A stretch of 64,000 bases of DNA from an uncultured delta proteobacterium. GTDB taxonomy: Bacteria > Desulfobacterota > Binatia > HRBIN30 > BPIQ01. The position numbers were made by a program, and so were the translations under genes. The stretch lies in the NCBI GenBank assembly GCA_963761335.1, contig CAVXGR010000018.1, positions 704,001 to 768,000 of the forward strand, written 5' to 3'. Shown one piece after another: positions 50,489-58,900 of this stretch (positions within the stretch are counted from its first letter, which is position 1; the number at the start of each line of letters is the position of its first letter). Below the pieces are notes generated by a model. That model was given only the letters and a program-made list of their open reading frames with translations. It ran no database searches and was not told the origin of the DNA.

Positions 50489-52297
50489 ATGTTGGTGCCG
50501 AAAGCGGACTCGAGCGCCCGGTGGACGAGAGGCGCCTGGTTGCTGTTGGTGGTAGTACCGGCGATCCTTCTGTCCGCCGCTGCGAGCGCTGGTGCGACGA
50601 CGACGGTCACCGAGTACACCTACAACGCCGACGCGGCGCTCACCTCGGTCACCGTCACCGTGGACACCGGAACACCGACGACGACGTACCTCACCTGGGA
50701 CGACTTTGTCCCCAACGCAAACGATCCGACCACGGGCGCCGTCTCCACAGCCGACGGCCGGCTCGTCGGCATTGGCCCGTCACCGGGAGCCCAGAACGCG
50801 ACCGAGTCGTTTGCCTTCGATCGTCGCGACCGGCTCACCGGGTACAGCGGCGCCAACGGCAGCGAAGCCTACGGCTACGACGCCGCCGGCATGATGTCCT
50901 CGGCATCGAGCGGGGGCGACGGCTTTCAATTCTACTACGATCACCAGAACGACGCGCAGGTCACCGACGTGCGCCAGACCTCGAACGGTCTCATGTCCGG
51001 CTACCTCGGCCACGTCCGCTATCTCGACGACGGCACCCAGCAGGTGCTGCTCGAGCCGCGCAAGGACGTGGCGTGCACCTACGACGCGCCGTCGCAGGCG
51101 CTGCAGTCGTACGCCTACAACGCCTATGGCACGAGCCAGAGCGGGGTGCCGCCGCCTGGGAACTTCGACCTGCACGACAATCCGTTTCGCTACGCCGGCG
51201 AGTATCGCGATCTGCTCTGGGGCGGCTACTACCTGCGGGCGCGCTGGTACGATCCGGACCTGCAGACGTTCCTGTCGCGCGACTCCCAATCGCACTTGAA
51301 CCGCTACGGCTACGCCGGCGGCAATCCGGTCATGCGCATCGACCCGAGCGGTCGCGGATTCCGATGGAGCCGAGACATCGGACATCCGCTCGGCCGCTTC
51401 CTCGCCGGTATCAATAAGGGCGTAGGCGGACATTTCGCACGCTTCTTCCTGACCCCGCTTCTCGGACCGCTGCAGATCCTCGCCAATCCCAAGGCGTACT
51501 GGGAATCGGTGATCCACGATAAGAACGGCGCCGCCATCTTTCTGATCGCGCCAATCGTCTCCGGCGAGGCCTTCGACTTGGTCGAAGCAGGTCTGGAGCC
51601 CATCTTCGCCGCCCGGCTCTTCGCCGCGCGCACCTCGACCGCTCTGAGTCTGGGAGTCGCTCAGTCCACCGTGAGCGCGGCCGCGCGGGGCTTCAACCAC
51701 TTCAACTGGAGCACCTTCCTCAACGGCGAGGAAGGGGGCGTGGGATCCCTCGTCGAGTTCAACTTCGTCGGAGGTAGGGGATACAACCCCTTCAACCGCA
51801 GCGGTGAACAAATCGCCGACCTGGTGGGAAAGCTGAACAAGACGGAGCCGGACACCGTTCTGATCGTGCGCCAGCGGTCCAACCTGCGCGTCGGCCCGGA
51901 CGGAACCACTCTGCCACTGCGGATGCAGACCGGGCCGATCCAGGAGGCGTTGGGCCTCGGCCTCTATCACGAGAAGATCCTCGCCATCAGTCGCGAAGAC
52001 ATTTTCACCACGGAGGTCTCCAACGGCGTCGTCTACTCGGATCGCTACGAGGCTCCCAGCACGGCCGCCGTTCAGGAGCACTTCCGGCAGTTCGTCGGCA
52101 AGGAGTTCGAGGTGATCGGCATCAAGACGAACTTCGACCGCGCCAACGGATTCGAGGACATCGGCACGCAGCGGTTCTGGACCCCCCGGCAGGCGCAGTT
52201 GCAGAGCGTGCTGCGCGAGGAACGCAATCCGTACCGGACGTTCACCAACAACTGCCATTACCACGCCGCGGCCGTGATCAAAGATCTGGGGTTCTGA
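50489..52297 (+). CDS. Secreted mini-Rhs protein 1 (signal peptide, short YD region, Rhs core, permuted papain-like C-terminus)
   Basis: NPFRYAGEYRD..YYLRARWYDP..FLSRD..NRYGYAGGNPVMRIDPSG; C-terminal LYHE..NNCHYHA. Confidence 0.85.
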   Translation: MLVPKADSSARWTRGAWLLLVVVPAILLSAAASAGATTTVTEYTYNADAALTSVTVTVDTGTPTTTYLTWDDFVPNANDPTTGAVSTADGRLVGIGPSPGAQNATESFAFDRRDRLTGYSGANGSEAYGYDAAGMMSSASSGGDGFQFYYDHQNDAQVTDVRQTSNGLMSGYLGHVRYLDDGTQQVLLEPRKDVACTYDAPSQALQSYAYNAYGTSQSGVPPPGNFDLHDNPFRYAGEYRDLLWGGYYLRARWYDPDLQTFLSRDSQSHLNRYGYAGGNPVMRIDPSGRGFRWSRDIGHPLGRFLAGINKGVGGHFARFFLTPLLGPLQILANPKAYWESVIHDKNGAAIFLIAPIVSGEAFDLVEAGLEPIFAARLFAARTSTALSLGVAQSTVSAAARGFNHFNWSTFLNGEEGGVGSLVEFNFVGGRGYNPFNRSGEQIADLVGKLNKTEPDTVLIVRQRSNLRVGPDGTTLPLRMQTGPIQEALGLGLYHEKILAISREDIFTTEVSNGVVYSDRYEAPSTAAVQEHFRQFVGKEFEVIGIKTNFDRANGFEDIGTQRFWTPRQAQLQSVLREERNPYRTFTNNCHYHAAAVIKDLGF

Positions 52298-52344
52298 TGC
52301 TGCGAGGGATCGCCGACAGCGCCGGACACCGAAGGACCGATCGG

Positions 52345-54171
52345 ATGAAGAAGCGGAGCACGAAACGACGACGCGATTTCCTCGTTGCCTTCATCGTCTT
52401 TGCGTTCACACCCGCCGCCGCGAGCGCCAGGACCACGGTGAAGACCTACACCTACGACGCCGACGGCGCGCTGACGGCGATCACCACGCAGGCGAACGAG
52501 AATGCCCCGACCACGACCTACCTCACCTGGGACGACTTCACCCCCGACGCGGCGGACCCGAGCACCGGCACGGTGGCGGCCGGCGACGGCCGGCTGGTCG
52601 GCTTCGGGCCCAGCCCCGGCACGGCCGATCTGACCGCCCGCTTCACGTTCGATCCCCGTGACCGCCTGCTCAGCTACAGCGGCGACGCCGGAACGGAGAC
52701 ATACGACTACAACGCCAACGGCATGATGGCGTCGTCCTCCGCGGGCGGCGACGATCTGCACTTCTACTTCGACGGCGCGACGAACCCGGTAGTCACCAAC
52801 ATCCATCAGGACACTACCGGCCTCACCTCTGCCTACCTCGGCAACAACCGCTTTCTCGGCGACGGCACGGAGCAGATCCTCCTGCAGCCGCGCAAGGACA
52901 TGGCGTGCACCTACGACGCCGCCAGCCAGACGCTTCAGTCGTACGCCTACGACGCCTTCGGCGCCTCACCCGAAAGGGACAAACCGAGCGGCATCTACGA
53001 TCTGCGCGACAACCCGTTCCGCTACAGCGGCGAGTATCGCGATCCCGTCTGGGGCGGCTACTATCTGCGCGCCCGCTGGTACGACCCCGACTTGCCGGTC
53101 TTCCTCTCCCGCGATCCGGCGCAGCACCTGAACCGCTACGCGTACGGCAACGGCAACCCGGTCATGAACGAGGACCCGAGCGGGTACGGACCGGGCGGCT
53201 TGCGAGGTTTTCTCGCGGGCTTGAATCACGGCATCGGCGGCCACTTCGCGCGCATCTTCCTCGCCCCGCTTATCGGACCGCTGCAGATCCTCGCCTACCC
53301 CAAGCAATTCTGGCAGTCGGTGAAGACCGACAAGGGCGGCATCGACGTCTTCCTCGCGCTCGGCATCGTGTCCGAAGTGGCGGGCGGTTATGGCGATGCA
53401 GTATTGGCGGGGTTCACACGCTTGGGTACCCGCTACGGTGCGCGGTTCCTATCGGACACCGTCCTCGGCGTGGCGAGCTCGGTCACTGCGGGGGCCACCA
53501 GCGGCTCCGGTCACTTCGATTTGAAGGCGTTCGGGCAAGGGCTCGAGTACAGCGCGAATCCCTTCCTGATGCGCGGCTTCACCGGGTTCAACGTCCGCAG
53601 CGGGTTCCAATTCAGCGCCACCGACGCGGGCGACCTGTTCGAGCAGCTCCGCAACGCGCCCGATTCGACGGCACTCGTCTTTCGGCAACGGCTGGGTACG
53701 GGGGGCAGCACCAACTCGCTCGCATCATTGGAGAGCAGCACCGGCGGATTAGTCGGCGGCAACGCTGGCTTCGACAAGCCCTTCACCCAGGCGTTCCATC
53801 TTTCACTCTACCACGAGAGACTCATTGCGATCACCAAGAAGGGCCTCCTCACGAACGAGGCCTTCAGCAAAGGCGTCAGCGTGGGGTTCCGGAACTTCGA
53901 CGGTCTCAGCTTCGACGACGTCAAGGCGAGGCTCATGGGCGAGCTCAGCGGGGGCAAGGTTGAGCTGGTCCGCCGGGTCGAAAACTTCGGAGGGGGAAAC
54001 ACCCCTGCTCAACAGGCGTTTCGCTCGAATCCGTACAACGTCCGGGAATACAGAAACGCCACCGGGAGGACCCTTCGGACCAGAGGCGGCCCCCCCCGTA
54101 CGTTCAAGCTCTTTAGAAACAACTGCCAGTACCACGCCTACGCGGTGCTGCAAGACATGGGGCTGCGCTGA
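52345..54171 (+). CDS. Secreted mini-Rhs protein 2
   Basis: Same core (NPVMNEDPSG); LYHE..NNCQYHA; alternative ATG 52297 overlaps the upstream TGA. Confidence 0.85.
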   Translation: MKKRSTKRRRDFLVAFIVFAFTPAAASARTTVKTYTYDADGALTAITTQANENAPTTTYLTWDDFTPDAADPSTGTVAAGDGRLVGFGPSPGTADLTARFTFDPRDRLLSYSGDAGTETYDYNANGMMASSSAGGDDLHFYFDGATNPVVTNIHQDTTGLTSAYLGNNRFLGDGTEQILLQPRKDMACTYDAASQTLQSYAYDAFGASPERDKPSGIYDLRDNPFRYSGEYRDPVWGGYYLRARWYDPDLPVFLSRDPAQHLNRYAYGNGNPVMNEDPSGYGPGGLRGFLAGLNHGIGGHFARIFLAPLIGPLQILAYPKQFWQSVKTDKGGIDVFLALGIVSEVAGGYGDAVLAGFTRLGTRYGARFLSDTVLGVASSVTAGATSGSGHFDLKAFGQGLEYSANPFLMRGFTGFNVRSGFQFSATDAGDLFEQLRNAPDSTALVFRQRLGTGGSTNSLASLESSTGGLVGGNAGFDKPFTQAFHLSLYHERLIAITKKGLLTNEAFSKGVSVGFRNFDGLSFDDVKARLMGELSGGKVELVRRVENFGGGNTPAQQAFRSNPYNVREYRNATGRTLRTRGGPPRTFKLFRNNCQYHAYAVLQDMGLR

Positions 54172-55946
54172 TGCCACGACGCGACTACTTGTTCCCGGTG
54201 CTCTGTCTCTCGGCTGGACTGCTGTTCCCGCCTGCGGCCGGCGCCAAAACCACCGTCCACACATACAGCTACAACAACGACGGCGCCCTGACGGCGGTCA
54301 CCACCCAGGTGAGCGGTCAAGCGCCGGCCACGACCTACCTCACCTGGGACGACTTCACCCCCAACGCGGCGGACCCGAGCACCGGTACGGTGGCGGCCGG
54401 TGACGGCCGCCTGGTCGGCTTCGGGCCCAGCCCCGGCACAGCCGATCTGACCACCCGCTTCACGTTCGATCCCCGCGACCGCCTGCTCAGCTACAGCGGC
54501 GCTGCCGGAACCGAGACCTACGACTACTACGCCAACAGCATGATGGCGTCCTCCTCCGCGGGCGGCGACGATCTGCACTTCTACTTCGACGGCGCGACGA
54601 ACCCGGTGGTCACCAACATCCATCAGGACACTACCGGCCTCACCTCCGCCTATCTCGGCGACAACCGCTTCCTCAGCGACGGTGCGGAGCAGATCCTGCT
54701 GAAGCCGCGCAAGGACGTGGCGTGCACCTACGATGCCGCCAAGCAGACGCTGCAGTCCTACGCCTACGACGCCTTCGGCGCTCCGTCCGGCAACGACGCA
54801 CCGAGCGGCGCCTACGATCTACGCGACAACCCGCTCCGCTACGGCAACGAGTATCGCGATCCGATCTGGGGCGGCTACTACCTCCGCGCTCGCTGGTACG
54901 ACCCCGATCTGCCGATCTTCCTCTCCCGCGATCCGGCACAGCATCTCAACCGCTACGCGTACGGCAACGGCAACCCGGTGATGAACGCCGACCCGAGCGG
55001 CTACGGCTCCGGGGGGTTGCGCAGATTCCTCGCAGGGATAAATCGCGGCATCGGCGGACACTTCGCGCGGGTTTTCCTGGCGCCGCTGTTGGGGCCGTTG
55101 CAGATCGCCGCCTATCCCAAGCAGTTCTGGGAATCGGTGAAGACGGACAAGGGCGGCATCGACGTGTTCCTGGCGCTCGGTGTCGTCTCCGAGGCCGCCG
55201 GCGGAATCGCCGACTGGGCCTATGCGGGCAGCGTCGGCCTTGGCCTCCGGTTCGGTACGCGGACTTTTTCCGATTTGGGAATCGGCATCGGCTCGTCGAT
55301 TGGCGCCGGGGCTAGTCGCGGCTTCAAGCATTTCGATTTGAACGCCTTCGCTCAAGGCCTCGAATACTCGCTGAACCCCGTCATCGCCCGAGGGCTGACC
55401 GGACTGAACGTCCGTGCCGGGTTCAAGTTGAAAACGGGTGACCTCGCCAGCCTCGCCGAACAGCTGAAAGACGCTCCGGAGGGAACGGCCCTGGTCTTTC
55501 GCCAGAAGGTCAAGCTTCCCAGCAGCGTCGTGGGCGGCAAACCGGTCAGGTTTTCGCCAGACGTACCCCTGCAGCAGGCCCTGCACCTGAGCAGCTATCA
55601 CGAGCGGCTGATCGCCTTCACCAAGGACGAGTTCTTCATGAACGATGCCATCGACAAAGGCATCCGGGTGAGCCAGGTCGAATTCGACGATCTGGAAGGG
55701 GTCAAGGGCGAGATCATGGCGCTGCGGGGCAAGTTCCAGTTCGTCGGCAGGGTCGAGAGATTCACTACAGACGGCCGCAAGGCCTTCCTTGGAAACCCAT
55801 TTAACGCCGAAGTCAGTACCAACGAGACCTCCATTGCGAGCCACCAGCTCCAAACCAGGGGTCCCAAAGTCCACCAATACAGCTGGTGGCGGAACAACTG
55901 CCAACATCACGCCTACGCCGTCCTGGAAGACCTGGGGCTGCGCTGA
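54171..55946 (+). CDS. Secreted mini-Rhs protein 3
   Basis: TGATG coupling; NPVMNADPSG; SYHE..NNCQHHA. Confidence 0.85.
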   Translation: MPRRDYLFPVLCLSAGLLFPPAAGAKTTVHTYSYNNDGALTAVTTQVSGQAPATTYLTWDDFTPNAADPSTGTVAAGDGRLVGFGPSPGTADLTTRFTFDPRDRLLSYSGAAGTETYDYYANSMMASSSAGGDDLHFYFDGATNPVVTNIHQDTTGLTSAYLGDNRFLSDGAEQILLKPRKDVACTYDAAKQTLQSYAYDAFGAPSGNDAPSGAYDLRDNPLRYGNEYRDPIWGGYYLRARWYDPDLPIFLSRDPAQHLNRYAYGNGNPVMNADPSGYGSGGLRRFLAGINRGIGGHFARVFLAPLLGPLQIAAYPKQFWESVKTDKGGIDVFLALGVVSEAAGGIADWAYAGSVGLGLRFGTRTFSDLGIGIGSSIGAGASRGFKHFDLNAFAQGLEYSLNPVIARGLTGLNVRAGFKLKTGDLASLAEQLKDAPEGTALVFRQKVKLPSSVVGGKPVRFSPDVPLQQALHLSSYHERLIAFTKDEFFMNDAIDKGIRVSQVEFDDLEGVKGEIMALRGKFQFVGRVERFTTDGRKAFLGNPFNAEVSTNETSIASHQLQTRGPKVHQYSWWRNNCQHHAYAVLEDLGLR

Positions 55947-55969
55947 TGGCCCGAATCGAGGAGAGGCAA

Positions 55970-58900
55970 ATGAATCGCTATCTGGTTGTCGTTCTGGTTC
56001 TCTCAGGAACCCTCAGCTTGGCAGCGCCCGCCGGCGCGCAGTCGGGATCGAATGCGTCGAACTATCAGGGCGGCGCCCAGCTCTCGGTGAACGGACGGAC
56101 CGGTGACGTGACCATGGCGGTCACGCTCGTCGATCTGCCGGGAGTGGTTTCGGACCTGGGACTCAGCCTGGCGTTGTCCTATCGCAGCGACGAGGCTCGC
56201 ACGAACATCCAGAACAACACGCGCAACTTCGGGCTGCCCTACGGTTGGTCGTTGGGACTCGCGTTCATCTACAACGATGGGGGTGCGATCAAGCTGAATG
56301 TCGACGGCACCCAGGTCTACCAGCTCGACGACAACTGGCGCACCTCCTTCACCCCCATCGGAGCGAGCACCCCGATGTTCGTCAAGACCGGCCTGATGCA
56401 GTACAACCGCGCCGACGCCTCGCTCAAGTCGGACAACGGCAGCGTCACCGTCAACGGCCTCGGCTCGGCGTACATCTTCACCAACATCGGCGGACAGACC
56501 AAGTACTTCTCGCCGGGCGGCTTGCTGATCCGCGAGGCCGACCGCTTCGGCAACCACATCGACTATCACTACCTCAACACCGTGACCAGTGGGAACGCCA
56601 GCAACTCCACCACCGCTGCCAACGCCACGCTGAGCGCCATGATCGACACCTGGGGCAACACGGTGACGATCGGTCCGTGTCTCGATCCCGAGAGCTGCGT
56701 CGCCAACGAAACGCGCATCACCCTGCCCGACGGGCGCACCATGGGCTGGGTCGCCCCCGACGCGTACACCATCACCGAGATCATCGACACCGAGGGCATG
56801 GTCACCCACCTGCAGTGGCAGAGCTCCACCTGCGGCGATCAATCGTACGGCAACCGCAGGATGGTGAGCATGACGACGCCGGTCGGCGGCATGACCTCGC
56901 TGACCTACACCTGCCTCGACGTCTGCCTCGAGCCGTCCGCGACGCAGTGCACGCAGAAGACCTCCTGGTCGGTGGTCGACACCGAGTACGAGTGCCCGAA
57001 CAACCAGAGCGGCGTCGCCTGCCCGGCCGGCTCTCCGAACGGCGACTTCCTGACCACGACGTATCAGTACAAGACCGCCGAGAACGTCGACAACTACACC
57101 GGCTATCCTCGTTACTCTCCCTACCATCCCAGCGTCGCGAACGCCGACGCGTTGATGTCCGCCCCCGACGCCGGCTCGTTCCAGTACACCACGGTCGTCA
57201 GCAAGCGCCGCGCGAACGGCGCGACCATCCACCAGATCGAGACCGACTACAACTTTCTGCACCTGCAGCAAGAGCAGCGCGTTTACGTGTCCGACGGATC
57301 TTCGTCGAACCTGATGCTGTCGAAGCAGACCTCGTACTGCTACCCGATCTCCGATACGGCCCCGGCGACGGGCTGCCCGCTGACCACGGCCAACTACCAG
57401 CAGCTGCCGAGCAACTATCAGTCGCCGATCATCGAGGGTAGCTGCCAGTACAACGTCACCGGGGACGCCGCTACCAGCGGGGCGCGGCGCTCGACGATGA
57501 CGACGACGTACGACGCCTTCGGCAACGTCGTCGGCAAGAGGATCTACCACGCCACCGGCGCGGAAGGCATCGTGGCGAGCTGCGACCGGCCGACCCGGCT
57601 GAGCACCACCGGCATGCGGTTGGTTACCGACGACTACATGCAGTACGACACGCCGACGACCGTCGGCAGCGACGGCTTCGTCGAGCTCGGCGCCGCCTCG
57701 GGACACTTCGGTCTCATGCTCGGACAGCAGTCGTTCGTCTATCTCGACGAGGACGACAGCGGCGTCGGCGCGCATCCGCAGCTGCAAGGAGCCAGCGGGC
57801 CGGTTCTCGTCAAGCTCGTCTGCAATCAGCTGACGAGCGCCGCCTCAGGCCCGGAGGCCGCGGGGACGGACATCAAGACCAGCACGAGCGGCTTGATGGC
57901 GACCAGCGCCTCCGCGCCGGCGACCCTCGGTATCGTCGGCGCCTGCCCGCAGCCGGAAGGCGGGGGCGGCGGCTCGAGCTGGATCTCGGTGCCGGCGCCG
58001 CCGAAGACGACCACCTTCACCTACGACGTCCAGGGGCGCTCGCTGACGCAGACGACGTCCTGGGCCAGTGGGTACACCGCACCCGGCGGCGTTTCCAGCA
58101 CCAGCCAGGACTTCGCCTATAGCCTATCGGCGACGGCTGCCGACGAAGAATCATGTGCGGGGAACAGCAGCGTCCTGCAGATCACCTCGACCGACAGCCA
58201 GGGAAACTCGACCGTCAACCGCCTCTGTACGCTGAACGGGTTTCACCTGTCGGCCGCCGACCCCAACGGCAACAAGACGCTGATGGAGCACAGCGCCAAC
58301 GGGCTCGTCAGCAAGACCACGCACGCGGACGGCACCCACGTGGACGTGCAGTACTACTACGCCTGCCCTGTTGCCCAGGACGGCCGCACCGCGACCTGCC
58401 CGAACACCAGCGCCGTCATGCAGAACTGTCCCTACGACAGCCAGACACCAAAGCGGAACTGCGTCGCCGAGACCATGTCCAGCGGGGAAGGGCAGAGCAG
58501 CTTCGTCGACGGCGTGACCAAGGTCACGATCCGCGACGGGCTCGGCCGTATCGTCGAGGATCTCGACAACCTCGGCGACAGCCCCGGTGCCGGCTACACG
58601 GCGATGGAGACGACCAAGGCCATGGTCTACGACGATCGCGGCATGCTCGCGAAGAGCAGTGTCTCGATGGGCGCGACGAACCCGCTCGTCTACCAGACCA
58701 TCACCACGCTCGGCCCGAAGCTGCGCCCGAGCCTGGTATGCGGACCGCGGGGGGACACGCAACAGTTCGTCCACGACGACGTCAACCAGGAGACCAAGGC
58801 CATCTTCAACGGCAACGACCGTGAAGCCTACGTCACCAACGACAGCGAGAAGCTGACGACGATCGCCAACTGCGCCCTGACGGCGAATCAGACGACGGCC

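Noticed and set aside
50489..55946. Mini-Rhs genes as classical orphan Rhs-CT/immunity modules or pseudogenes
   Set aside because: Each has its own start and signal peptide and an intact frame, they lie upstream of the large gene, and there are no intervening immunity ORFs.
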